DNA of 64,000 nucleotides from an uncultured Chloroflexia bacterium (GCA_963813225.1 CAWEYB010000001.1:1408362-1472361); one strand, 5' to 3'; positions 1-11,952 are shown, counted from the first letter of the stretch. Translations and numbers: made by a program. Notes: generated by a model not told the origin, from the sequence alone.

Positions 1-1
1 G

Positions 2-253
2 GACCAGCGCGTGATCGTCGGCTTCCAGGGCGACTGGCTGAGCGAGGAGTCGATCGCCGGTTCGCCGTGGGTGACGAACCCGCGCGAGACCTGGCAACGC
101 TGGAACGAGGCCGGCGCCGATGGCGTGATCGTGCTGGCCCGGACGACTGCCGACGTCGACGCGCTCGTCGGAGGCCACCAGCCGCTGGTAGCGCCTCGGA
201 ACGGTCGCGTGCTGTCGCCCGCCGGGTGGTTTCGTGGCACCATCAGGTGGTGA
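2..253 (+). CDS. C-terminal fragment of a gene that starts upstream of the window (possibly LLM/luciferase-like oxidoreductase C-terminus)
   Basis: The frame is open from the window edge (track ORF 11..253). The stretch ...WNEAGADGVIVLARTTADVDALV resembles the C-terminal part of TIM-barrel LLM enzymes. The tail after ALV looks out of frame, so an alternative end at TAG 189-191 is possible if a +1 indel is present. Confidence 0.3.
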   Translation, partial: DQRVIVGFQGDWLSEESIAGSPWVTNPRETWQRWNEAGADGVIVLARTTADVDALVGGHQPLVAPRNGRVLSPAGWFRGTIRW

Positions 254-753
254 CCGCCCCCGGCACCGTCCAACCTCCGGCAGCCGCCCCGTCTGCCCCG
301 CCCGCCCGGACGGCACCGACCCACGCGTGCGTCCGCTGTGGCGCACCCGTCCCGATCGACGTCGGCCTGTGCGAGCGCTGCAACCCGCTCGGCCTGCGTG
401 ACTCGGCCAGCTCACAGGTCCATGGGATCGCCATCGCCGGCATCGTCGCGTTCATCGTCATCCTGGCGGTCGCCGGGCGGTTCGCCATCTCGGGGATCGG
501 ACCGTTCACGGCGACGGCGACGGCCGTCCCCGATGGCACCGGCCTGGCGGTCACCCTGTCCGTGACCAACCAGGGCTCGAGCGTCGGGCAGACGACGTGC
601 CGTGTCTCGGATCCGACGGATCGGACCGGCAACCTCGGCGGGTTCGTGCTCAGCCCGAAGGTCGCGCCGGGTGCGACCGTCACGTTCACGCAGCACATGA
701 CCGAGCTGGGCGACACCGTCGTCCCGTTGACTGCCGACTGCAGCGCCCCGTGA
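247..753 (+). CDS. hypothetical zinc-ribbon membrane protein
   Basis: An in-frame GTG at 247 lies inside track ORF 67..753. The upstream part of that ORF is Arg-rich junk. The protein has CVRCGAP-x11-CERCNP (CxxC...CxxC), one hydrophobic helix (GIAIAGIVAFIVILAVAG) and a tail of about 100 aa. The start overlaps the previous stop (GTGGTGA). Confidence 0.55.
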   Translation: MVTAPGTVQPPAAAPSAPPARTAPTHACVRCGAPVPIDVGLCERCNPLGLRDSASSQVHGIAIAGIVAFIVILAVAGRFAISGIGPFTATATAVPDGTGLAVTLSVTNQGSSVGQTTCRVSDPTDRTGNLGGFVLSPKVAPGATVTFTQHMTELGDTVVPLTADCSAP

Positions 754-1590
754 CGGGTCCCGCGGCCGTCGCGGCGCCCGACGTGACGCCGTCGGCCTGG
801 GCCGACGACCTCGCCTTCGCGCTCGACCTCGGGAGACGTGCCGGGGCGGTCCTGATGGACCACTACGAGCGGCTCGAGCAGATCGACTACAAGAGCGCCC
901 GGGACGTGGTGACCGAGGCGGATCACCTGTCCGAGGCCCTCATCCTCGACGCGATCCGGGCGCGCCATCCGGCCGACGCCATCCTCGCCGAGGAGACCGG
1001 GGAGCATCGGGCGATCGCGGGCGAGGCGCCCACCTCGGGGCGTGGCCGGGTCTGGATCGTCGATCCCCTCGACGGCACCGTGAACTACGCCAACGGGCTG
1101 CCCGTGTTCTGTGTCTCGATCGCGCTGGTCGTCGACGGCGTCCCGACGGTCGGGGTCATCGTCGACCCGACCCGTGACGATGTGTTCGCCGCGACCGCCG
1201 ACGGGCCGACGACCCTTGCCGGGCGCCCGGTCCGTGCCTCCGAGAAGGACAAGCTGACCGACTGCGTGGTCGCCCTGTCCCTCCACGGCCGGACGTCGGC
1301 CAGCCGGACCCGCACCGTGCGCAAGGCGGTCCGCATCTCGCGCGACATGGGCTCGGCCGCGCTGGCGCTGGCGTACGTCGCCAACGGCCGGTTCGACGCG
1401 TTCATCCAGCAGGGCGGGCTGTCAGCCTGGGACGTGGCGGCGGCCGGGCTGATCGCCGAGCGGGGCGGGGCGACGGTCACCTCGATGAGCGGCGGCCCGT
1501 GGTTCGAGCTGGCCGCGAAGACCCGCACGATGGGCATCGTCGCGCGCCCCGGCCGCGCACCACGCGACCCTCCTCGGGATGGTCCGCTAG
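750..1590 (+). CDS. inositol monophosphatase family protein (SuhB/ImpA-like); the last ~15 codons need a +1 frame change near 1545
   Basis: This is the middle of track ORF 597..2030. GTG 750 overlaps the upstream stop (GTGA). Motifs present: EETGEH, WIVDPLDGTVNY, WDVAAAGLI. After ...MGIVA the sense continues one base downstream as PAAHHATLLGMVR-TAG (1588-1590). The tracked frame instead runs about 440 nt antisense into the next gene. Confidence 0.85.
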
Positions 1591-2494
1591 GCGTCCTCCA
1601 GCCAGCGATGCGGCCGGGTCGCCAGTCGCGGCAGGCCCCATTCCTCGCAGAACGCCTCCCACTCGGCGCGCGGCGTGCCGTCCCAGCGAAGCTCCTCGGG
1701 ATCGCGCTGGCGGATGACCACGCCGTCGTCGGCGGTCCGGAGCCGGGCGAGGTCGCGGTACAGGAGCGCGTCGTCCCAGTGGTCGCGCAGCGTGGCCGCG
1801 AGCGCCATCGCCCGCGAGCCCCCGAGCCCGGGCACCTCCCAGGCCGATGCCTTGGGCGGGACGTCCTCGTAATGGCCGTAGCGGGTCAGCACCGCCGCGG
1901 CCGACTTCGAGCCCCAGCCGGGCAGCCCGGGGAACCCGTCCGAGGCTGTCGCCGACGAGCCCGAGGTAGTCCGGGATCGACGTCGGCGGCACGCCCCACT
2001 TGGCGCGGACGCCGGCGTCGTCGTAGGTGAGGTCGCGGCGCCGGTCCCACAGCACGATCCGGTCGTCGCGGACGAGCTGGGCCATGTCCTTGTCGGGGGT
2101 GCACACGAGGATCCGCTCGACCCGCTCGTCGGCTCCGAACCGGACCGCCGCCGCGGCGATCGCGTCGTCGGCCTCGAACTCGACCATCGGCCACAGGACG
2201 ATCCCGAGCGCCTCGACGGCGGCCTCGGCGATCGGGAACTGGGCGAGCAGCTCTGGCGGCATCCCGGCCGACGACTTGTAGCCGGCGTACAGGTCGTTGC
2301 GGAACGATTCGATCACCCGGTCCGTGGCGCAGCCGACGTGCGTCGCGCCTTCCTCGCGGAGGAGGTACAGCAGCTGCTCGACGAGCCCGGACACACCGGA
2401 CAGCGGGATCCCGTCGCGACCGAGGACCGGGCGGACGCGGCGCGAAGTGCGCCCGGAACAGCTCGTAGGTCGCGTCGACCAGGTGGAGCCGCAC
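1587..2494 (-). pseudogene. 5'-3' exonuclease (FEN/ExoIX, Pol I N-terminal-domain-like), two +1 frame breaks as assembled
   Basis: Three minus-strand frames join into one protein. The pieces are MRLHLVDATYELFRAHFAPRP (start of track ORF 1886..2494), then VLGRDGIPLSGVSGLVEQ...FEADDAIAAAA...CTPDKDMAQL...YLGLVGDS (1477..2394), then DGFPGLPGWGSKSAAAVLTRYGHYEDV...WLEDA (1587..1892). The breaks lie near 2430 and 1945. The stop is convergent with the IMPase stop and they share CTAG at 1587-1590. Confidence 0.85.
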
Positions 2495-2503
2495 GCGGCC
2501 GGC

Positions 2504-3046
2504 TCAGGCGGCCGGGGAACCCGCCTCGACGAGCTCCTTGAGGCGTTCGAGGTCGGCCTGGAAGACCGCGGCCAGCGTCGGCGTCATGGCCAGCGCGGCG
2601 AGGTGGGGGAGGACGGGCGGGATCAGCAGCTCCTCCCAGCGGACGATGGTCGTCGTGCCGTCCGCGCCCTCCTCGAGGGTGATCAGGCCGTGACCCTTGA
2701 ACGTGCCGTCGTGGCTGATCGCGAACCGGTGCGGTGGCTCGAACTCGGTGACCGTCACCGGGTCGACGACCGTCAGCCCGAGGATCCGGACGTCGGCCTC
2801 GCCCGTCGTCCCGACGCCGACCGGCTCCGCCGATCCCATCCGGACAGCCTTCATGTCGGTCATCCAGCGCGGTTGACCCGCGATGTCGGCGACGACCTCC
2901 CAGACGCGCTCGATCGGGGCATCGATGACGATCAGCGACTCGATCGGCTCGGGGTCTGCGCCCCCGGACTGCTCCTTGAGGATGCGGTCGAGGGCGTAGC
3001 TGATCCCGGCGCCGGCCAGCGCCAGCCGGATCGCGCCGCGGATCAC
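2504..3046 (-). CDS. SRPBCC (START/Bet v1-like) family protein with N-terminal hydrophobic helix
   Basis: These are the last 181 codons of track ORF 2504..3421. In-frame GTG 3046 forms a GTGA overlap with the pncA stop. The sequence ...IESLIVIDAPIERVWEVVADIAGQPRWMTD...FEPPHRFAISH... is typical of polyketide-cyclase/SRPBCC proteins. Confidence 0.75.
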   Translation of the reverse strand: MIRGAIRLALAGAGISYALDRILKEQSGGADPEPIESLIVIDAPIERVWEVVADIAGQPRWMTDMKAVRMGSAEPVGVGTTGEADVRILGLTVVDPVTVTEFEPPHRFAISHDGTFKGHGLITLEEGADGTTTIVRWEELLIPPVLPHLAALAMTPTLAAVFQADLERLKELVEAGSPAA

Positions 3047-3648
3047 CGCAGCACCGTCTGCCAGATCGCGACGCCCGCCTCGCGCATCTCGTCGAGGGCC
3101 CGCTCGCCGTCGCCCGGCTCGAGGTCGACCGCGGCGATCGCGTCGGCCAGGACCGCGGTGTCGAAGCCGAGCCGTCGCGCGTCGAGCGCGGTCGCCTTGA
3201 CGCAGTAGTCGGTCGCGAGCCCGACCACGACGACCCGGTCCACCCCGGCGTCGCGCAGGATCGGCTCGAGCTCGGTCGGGATCGTCTCGCCGCTCACCGG
3301 GTCTCGCATCGTGAAGCCGGAGTAGCCGTCCTCGCCGTTGGCGCCCTTGCGCACGCGAGGCGCGGCATCGGGGATCGTCAGTGAGGGGTGGAGCTCGGCG
3401 CCCCACGTGCCGGCCACGCAATGGACCGGCCAGATGCCGCCATCGACGGCGAAATGCGGCGTGTGCTCGGGGTGCCAGTCCTGGGTGGCGACGACCAGCG
3501 CCCCGGCCGACTCGGCCATCCGCACCTCGCGATCGACCAGCGGCACGATCGCGTCGCCGCCCCGGACGCTCAGGCTCCCGCCCGGATCAGCGAAATCGTT
3601 CTGGACGTCCACGACGAGGAGTGCCGTCGTCGGCCCGTACCGCTGCAT
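3043..3648 (-). CDS. pncA: nicotinamidase/pyrazinamidase (isochorismatase family)
   Basis: Track ORF 3043..3648. It carries VVDVQNDF, the metal site QDWHPEHTPHF and the catalytic Cys context GLATDYCVKATA, all as in PncA. Confidence 0.85.
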   Translation of the reverse strand: MQRYGPTTALLVVDVQNDFADPGGSLSVRGGDAIVPLVDREVRMAESAGALVVATQDWHPEHTPHFAVDGGIWPVHCVAGTWGAELHPSLTIPDAAPRVRKGANGEDGYSGFTMRDPVSGETIPTELEPILRDAGVDRVVVVGLATDYCVKATALDARRLGFDTAVLADAIAAVDLEPGDGERALDEMREAGVAIWQTVLR

Positions 3649-3794
3649 GAAAGGAGCCTACCGCACCAACGTCGGGTCCGGGCCGTGGGTGGCGCCCGGC
3701 GCGGCGAGCGGACGGGTGCCGTTCGGCGCAGCGCCGTAGGCACCCGGGAGCTTGTCGTGTCGGGTGACGGGACCCGCTCGACGGGTCCGCGGCC

Positions 3795-4547
3795 TCACCC
3801 GATCAGCGCGGACCGCTCGTCGACCGGCTCTTCCACGACCGGCGCGGGGGCGGCCGGCGGCTCGACGTCGAGCAGGTAGCCGATGCCCTGGAACGTCTTG
3901 ATCCGGCCCGGCTCACCCGGCTCCGCGCCGAGCTTGCGGCGCACCCGCGAGATCCACACCCGCAGGTACTGCAGGTCGTCGCGGTACTCCGGTCCCCAGA
4001 CCTTGGTCAGCAGCTCGGTGTGGAGCACGACCTTGCCCGCGTTCGCGGCCAGGTGCTGCAGGAGCAGCCATTCGGTGCGCGACAGCTGGACCAGCTCGCC
4101 GTTGCGGGTGACCATCCGCCGTTCGAGGTCGATCTCGACGTCGTCGAAGGCGAGCACCCCGGAACCGGGCTGGGCACCCGACGACCGCCGGAGGACGGCC
4201 CGCACGCGTGCGGCCAGCTCGTCGGGATGGAACGGCTTGGCGATGTAGTCGTCGGCGCCGAGGTCGAGGCCCTTCGCCTTGTCGGCGGTCGAGCCCTTGG
4301 CGGTCAGCAGGATGACGGCGACGGGGCGTCGCTCGCGCAGCTGGCGCATCACCTCGATGCCGTCGAGGTCGGGCATGACGATGTCGAGCAGGATGATGTC
4401 CGGACGGACCTCCTCGGCCTTCGTCAGGGCTTCCTCGCCGCTGCCGGCGGTGACGACCCGGAAGCCCTCTTCACCGAGGGCGATCGAGACGAGCTTGGTG
4501 ATGCGGGGTTCGTCGTCGGCGACGAGCACGAGTGGCTGAGTGCTCAC
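3795..4547 (-). CDS. OmpR-family response regulator, KdpE-like
   Basis: In-frame GTG 4547 is preceded by GAGAGG. Receiver motifs are present (VADDEP, LLDIVMPDLDG, LTAKG, AKPF). The winged-helix tail VWGPEYRDDLQYLRVWISRVRRKLG...GIGYLL is close to the KdpE pattern. No kinase gene is adjacent. Confidence 0.9.
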   Translation of the reverse strand: MSTQPLVLVADDEPRITKLVSIALGEEGFRVVTAGSGEEALTKAEEVRPDIILLDIVMPDLDGIEVMRQLRERRPVAVILLTAKGSTADKAKGLDLGADDYIAKPFHPDELAARVRAVLRRSSGAQPGSGVLAFDDVEIDLERRMVTRNGELVQLSRTEWLLLQHLAANAGKVVLHTELLTKVWGPEYRDDLQYLRVWISRVRRKLGAEPGEPGRIKTFQGIGYLLDVEPPAAPAPVVEEPVDERSALIG

Positions 4548-4620
4548 GATGTGCACCTCTCTGGGGGGTGACGGTCGCCACAGCATCGATGGTCGCGCCT
4601 GTCGTGCGTCGGAGACGCAC

Positions 4621-4649
4621 ATAACAGAACCGTTACAGGGGTATTACAG
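4621..4649. promoter_or_regulatory. three direct AT-rich heptamer repeats phased at 11 bp (candidate response-regulator operator)
   Basis: The heptamers are ATAACAG (4621-4627), GTTACAG (4632-4638) and ATTACAG (4643-4649), with exact 11-bp spacing. They sit in the ~170-bp divergent spacer between the response-regulator gene (start 4547, minus) and the DUF2255 gene (plus). Confidence 0.45.
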
Positions 4650-4717
4650 CGGGCGCGTCTGAAGTGGCAACCATACCGTCACCGTCGAGCGGCGGCGAGA
4701 TGGGCTACGCTGACCCC

Positions 4718-5083
4718 ATGCGCTTCGCACCCGGCGATCTCGCCCTTCTCGCCGCGACCGAAGAGATCGAGATCGAGACCGCGGCCGCCGACGGCTCCGC
4801 GCACCGGACGATCATCTGGGTCATGGTCGATGGCGACGACGCGTTCGTCCGCTCGGTCCGTGGCCGGTCCGCCCGCTGGTTTCGCGAGGCGACGGCCGAT
4901 GGCCGGGTCGTCGTCCACGCGGCCGGTCACGCCCTCCCGGCGACGGTCGAGCCGGCGGCCGACGCGGAGTCGATCCGGCGGACCAACGACGCGCTGACAC
5001 GCAAGTACACGGGCATCGAGGGCTACCCCGAGATGCTCGAACCCTCGATCATGGACACCACCCTCCGACTGACACCGAGCTGA
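4718..5083 (+). CDS. DUF2255 family protein
   Basis: Track ORF 4664..5083. The protein from ATG 4718 (MRFAPGDLALLAATEEIEIETAA.DGS.HRTIIWVM.DGDDAFVRSVRG...TLRLTP) matches the length and pattern I recall for DUF2255. ATG 4700 and GTG 4664 are alternative starts. Confidence 0.7.
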   Translation: MRFAPGDLALLAATEEIEIETAAADGSAHRTIIWVMVDGDDAFVRSVRGRSARWFREATADGRVVVHAAGHALPATVEPAADAESIRRTNDALTRKYTGIEGYPEMLEPSIMDTTLRLTPS

Positions 5084-5088
5084 CCGCC

Positions 5089-7779
<2,691 letters not shown>

Positions 7780-7965
7780 CGCGGGCCGGCCGGCGGGCGG
7801 CAGCGGGCCGAGGCTCGCGGGGCCGAGGCTCGTCACGCGTCTGATACGCCTCCCTCGTCTCGGTACGGTGCTCGCGTGGGTCGGGCCTCCCTACGCTGCG
7901 GCCAAGCGGCGTCACCCGACGCCGGTCCGGCGGACCGCCGGCACGCTGACCACCAGGAGGCCCGA

Positions 7966-8490
7966 GTGGACCGCACCGATCCGAAGTACGACAACGATCC
8001 GACGCTGCCCCCGAACGAGCGGACGCCAGGCTGGGAGCCCGTCGTCGGGACCACGTACGAGCCGCAGGACGAGCGCCCGAGCGTCCATGAGCACGACGAC
8101 GACCTCGAGCACGACACGTCCACCACGCACGAGCACGGCAACGAGGCCGTCGGTGCAGGTGCCGGCGTGCTTGGCGGCGCCGCCGTCGGCATGGCGGTCG
8201 GCGGGCCTCCCGGGGCGATCGTCGGCGGCGCGATCGGCGGCGTGGCCGGTGCCGTTGCCGGCGAGGCGAGCGAAGGACACGACAAGGCCGGTGCGGGCAG
8301 CGGGGCCCTCGGTGGCGCCGCAGTCGGTGCCGTCGTCGGTGGCGCCGTGGCCGGGCCTCCCGGCGCGGTCGTCGGTGGCGCGGTCGGGGCCGGTGCGGGT
8401 GCCGGGGCCGGCGACAAGACCGAGGAGCATGTCGAGGGCGAGGACACGCCCGCCAACACCACGGACGCCACCGGCTACGACCGGCGCTGA
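7966..8490 (+). CDS. hypothetical glycine-zipper-rich protein
   Basis: GTG 7966 lies 5 nt after AGGAGG (7955-7960), inside track ORF 7876..8490. The N-terminus is acidic and His-rich. It is followed by two near-duplicate Gly/Ala/Val blocks (GAGVLGGAAVGMAVGGPPGAIVGGAIGG / GSGALGGAAVGAVVGGAVAGPPGAVVGGAVG). Confidence 0.6.
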   Translation: MDRTDPKYDNDPTLPPNERTPGWEPVVGTTYEPQDERPSVHEHDDDLEHDTSTTHEHGNEAVGAGAGVLGGAAVGMAVGGPPGAIVGGAIGGVAGAVAGEASEGHDKAGAGSGALGGAAVGAVVGGAVAGPPGAVVGGAVGAGAGAGAGDKTEEHVEGEDTPANTTDATGYDRR

Positions 8491-8592
8491 AACGGGACCG
8501 TCTGACCGTCGCCGATCACGGACCGGCGACACGACACGACAGCCGCGGGCCCGTTTCGGCGGACCCGCGGTATCGTTGTCTGAAGGGAGCAC

Positions 8593-9787
8593 ATGTCGAT
8601 GGATCAGCCACTCCGGATCGCCCACGTCGTCCCGCCCATGGAGCGGGTGCCGCCGCGCGCCTATGGCGGCACGGAGCGCGTCGTCTTCGAGCTCGTGCGA
8701 GAGCTCGACCGGCGCGGGCATGAGGTCACGACCTTCGCCAGTGGAGACTCGGACGTCCCCGGCCGGCTGATCGCGACCGTCCCGGAGGCGCTCCGGCCGA
8801 CCGGCTATGACGGCGACCCGGCGCCGTATTTCTACCTCACGATCCACGACGTCCTCGACCGGATCGGCGAGTTCGACATCATCCACAGCCATCTCGAATG
8901 GGCCAGCTTCCTCCTGGCGCGTGTGGCACCGATCCCGGTCGTGTCGACCTTCCACGGCCGCCTCGACCTGCCGTGGGCCGATGAGACGTTCCGTGACGCT
9001 CCCCCCGGGCTGGTCGCCATCAGCGCCAACCAGGCGGCCACCCACCCGGACGTGCCGTGGGCCGGCATCGTCCACAACGGCCTGACCCTGGACGCCGCCC
9101 CGTTCGATCGCCGGCGCGGGGACGGGCTCTGCTTCGTCGGCCGGATGGCGCCCGAGAAGGGGATCGTCGAGGCGATCGAGATCGCGCTCAAGACCGGGCG
9201 CCCGCTGCGCATCGCGGCCAAGACCGGGCCGATGTCGGCCGAGCAGGACTACTACCACAACGTGTTCATGCCGGCGCTCGAAGGCCGCCGGCGACGCCGT
9301 CGAGTACCTCGGCGAGCTCGAACAGGCGGACCGCGACCTGCTGTTCGCCGAGTCGTACGCGTCGCTCATGCCGGGCTCGTGGCCGGAGCCGTTCGGCCTC
9401 GTCGCGATCGAGGCGCTGGCCTGCGGCACGCCGATCATCGCCCGCCGCGTCGGCGCGCTGCCCGAGATCATCCGCGACGGCGTCGATGGGTTCTTCGGCG
9501 ATGACATCGAGCAGCTGGCGTTCCAGGTCGAGCGCGTCGCCGACCTCGACCGGGAGGCGATCCGAGAGTCGGTCATCGACCGCTTCTCGGCCCAGCGGAT
9601 GACCGACAAGTACGAGGCGATCTACCGCGCGATGCTCGCCGACGCCGACGGTCGACGGATCGGGGAACGGCGCAGCCGACAAGCGTCCTCGCGTGCTCGA
9701 CCCGGTCACGACGGCAGCCGGCCGAGCCTCCTGAGCGCCGACCGACCAGCCGGACCGCGGCAGTCGGACCACGGCACAGCGTCATGA
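8593..9787 (+). pseudogene. glycosyltransferase family 4 (GT-B, GT1-type) protein, one +1 frame break near 9282
   Basis: ATG 8593 follows GAAGGGAG. The N-terminal part (track 8593..9504) runs to ...YHNVFMPALE. The sense then continues in the frame of track 9368..9787 as AAGDAVEYLGELEQADRDLLFAESYASLMPGSWPEPFGLVAIEALACGTPII. This contains the EX7E-type motif of GT4 enzymes. Confidence 0.85.
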
Positions 9788-10884
9788 CTGACGAACCCGA
9801 GCGCGACGCAGCGCGGGCCGCCGGGCTCCGCTACGCGACCGACGCACGACCCGGGATCTCCCGGCGCCGATCCGGTCGCGGGTGGTCCTATCGCGACCCC
9901 GACGGTTCCATCGTCCGTGACGCGGCCACACTGCAGCGGATCCGCACGCTGGCCATCCCGCCGGCCTGGACCGACGTCTGGATCTGCCCGCGTCCGAACG
10001 GTCACATCCAGGCGACCGGGCGCGACGCACGTGGCCGCAAGCAGTACCGCTACCACGAGGCGTGGCGCGCCCGTCGCGACGACGACAAGTTCGCGCGGCT
10101 GATCGACTTCGCCCGGGTCCTGCCCCGCATCCGCGCCCAGGTCGAGCGTGACCTCGCTCTCCCGGGGCTCGCACGCGAGAAGGTCCTGGCGGCCGTCGTC
10201 CGGCTTCTCGAGACGACCCTCATCCGGGTCGGCAACGAGGAGTACGCGCGGCTCAACCGTTCGTTCGGGCTGACGACCCTCAGATCGCGGCACGCGAGCG
10301 TGACCGGGACGGCGATCCGCTTCCGGTTCCGCGGCAAGTCGGGCCGCCAGGCCGAGGTCGGCCTGCGTGACCGGCGTCTGGCCGCGCTGGTCCGTCGCTG
10401 CCAGGACCTGCCGGGCCAGGAGCTCTTCCAGTACGTCGGTCCGGACGGCCTGGCGCACGACGTGGGATCCGACGACGTGAACGACTACCTGCGCAGGATC
10501 TCGGGAGCCGACGTGAGCGCGAAGGACTTCCGGACATGGGCCGGCACGGTCCTCGCCTACCGGGCGCTCCGGGACGCCGAGCGTGCCACCGAGGCGCCCG
10601 CCGCGCGGCGCTCCGTCGTCGAGGCGGTGCGCCAGACCGCCGACCGGCTTGGCAACACGCCCGCGGTCGCCCGTCGGAGCTACGTCCATCCGGCCGTCCT
10701 CGAGGCATATGTCGACGGCGAGATCCCGCGACGACGCACGGCGGGCACGGGGGGTGGTGGCGAGGCAGGGTCAGCGGAGCCGGCCGGTCTGGCCGATCCG
10801 GTAGAGGAGGCCGAGGTGGTGGCGCTGCTCCGACGACGACTGCGAGAAGACCGACAGACCGATCGAGCTCGTCGGTCCCGCTAG
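9784..10884 (+). CDS. DNA topoisomerase IB (bacterial poxvirus-like type)
   Basis: Intact track ORF. The ATGA overlap with the GT4 stop indicates co-transcription. Family-typical stretches: IPPAWTDVWIC, GRKQYRYHEAWR, KDFRTWAGT, and the active-site tyrosine context NTPAVARRSYVHP. Confidence 0.85.
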   Translation: MTDEPERDAARAAGLRYATDARPGISRRRSGRGWSYRDPDGSIVRDAATLQRIRTLAIPPAWTDVWICPRPNGHIQATGRDARGRKQYRYHEAWRARRDDDKFARLIDFARVLPRIRAQVERDLALPGLAREKVLAAVVRLLETTLIRVGNEEYARLNRSFGLTTLRSRHASVTGTAIRFRFRGKSGRQAEVGLRDRRLAALVRRCQDLPGQELFQYVGPDGLAHDVGSDDVNDYLRRISGADVSAKDFRTWAGTVLAYRALRDAERATEAPAARRSVVEAVRQTADRLGNTPAVARRSYVHPAVLEAYVDGEIPRRRTAGTGGGGEAGSAEPAGLADPVEEAEVVALLRRRLREDRQTDRARRSR

Positions 10885-11033
10885 GCGGGCCAGTCGGCAC
10901 CGCGCAGGACGGCCCTTTCCGTCTGGTTCCGATCATGCGGAACCATTTCTCGTGGGCGAAACCAGCTGACGAACGCCTCTGGCCGATGTCTCGCCGGCCG
11001 GGCGGTCCTCGCAGCCGAAGTCCGGGACGGGCG

Positions 11034-11744
11034 TCAGGCGTCGATGCGGCGCGCGCCTGAGCGCAGGGCGAAACCGAACTCGACCCGGTCGGCTCCCGAC
11101 GGCAGCGCCCAGATGCGCCCGCCCATCGCCCGCACGAGGCGTTCCGCCACGAACAGCCCGATGCCGGCTCCAGCCCGGCCCGCCTCGGTCGTGGGCGCGT
11201 CCGGTGACAGGGCGAACGGATCGCCCTCGCTGGTCGGCTGTCCACCGCGATGGACGATGCGCGCGGCGACCTCCGTCGGCGATCCGTTGACGATGACCTC
11301 GATCGGCTCGCCGGGCGCCCCATACCGCACGGCGTTGTCGAGCAGGTTGCGCAGGACGTGCATCACCAACACCTCATCGGCGGCCTCGGCCGCCGCGTCG
11401 CGCGTGCCGAGGAGGCGGACGCGGGCGCCGGGGTGGAGCGCGAGGGTCTGCTCGATCGCCCGTTCGACGAGATGGCCCAGCGCGACCGGCTCGCCGACCG
11501 GACGCACCCCATCGGGCTCCGAACGCGCCAGGACGACGAGGTCCTCGACCAGGCGATAGAGGCGACCCGCCTCTGAGCGGATGTCCGCCGCCACGGCTCG
11601 GCGCCTGGTGTCGGACAGGTCGCGCGTGGCGAGCAGCTGGGCGCCACCGTAGATGGTGGTGACCGGGGTCCGGAGCTCATGGGTCAGGATGTCCAGGAAG
11701 ACCTCGTGACCGCCGCCTCCGGGCGAGTCGCCCTGTTCGGTCAT
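11034..11744 (-). CDS. soluble sensor histidine kinase core (HisKA + HATPase_c only), paralogue of 15188..16696
   Basis: Track ORF 11034..11744. H-box THELRTPVTTIYGG, N-box VLRNLLDNAVRYG, G2 GAGIGLFV. There is no TM or sensor domain. The G1 position reads HRGGQ instead of DxGxG. Confidence 0.85.
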   Translation of the reverse strand: MTEQGDSPGGGGHEVFLDILTHELRTPVTTIYGGAQLLATRDLSDTRRRAVAADIRSEAGRLYRLVEDLVVLARSEPDGVRPVGEPVALGHLVERAIEQTLALHPGARVRLLGTRDAAAEAADEVLVMHVLRNLLDNAVRYGAPGEPIEVIVNGSPTEVAARIVHRGGQPTSEGDPFALSPDAPTTEAGRAGAGIGLFVAERLVRAMGGRIWALPSGADRVEFGFALRSGARRIDA

Positions 11745-11952
11745 CGAGGAACCCCCCTCTGGTGCTGTGGCAGGTGGCGGGCCATCTCGAACGCGCCTCG
11801 TCCGATCCGATCCACGCGCGCCACCCGTTCGCGCGGCTGCATGACTGAAGCGTGCGGCCAGGCCGGGTCCCTGACCGTCAGCGCCTGCAGTAGGGGCGTT
11901 ACAGACGCGTCACGCCGGTTCCGCGCCCCACCGGCGCCGGGATCCGCGTATC

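Noticed and set aside
7806-7832. 15-bp tandem duplication (GGCCGAGGCTCG x2) just after the aceE stop; considered as a CRISPR or VNTR seed
   Set aside because: There are only two copies with no spacers, so there is no array. It is probably a trivial duplication or part of a weak terminator.
10925-10950. 7-bp hairpin (GGTTCCG-ATCATG-CGGAACC) followed by ATTTCT, downstream of the topoisomerase gene, as a terminator
   Set aside because: The stem is short and the T-run is interrupted. It is too weak to call.
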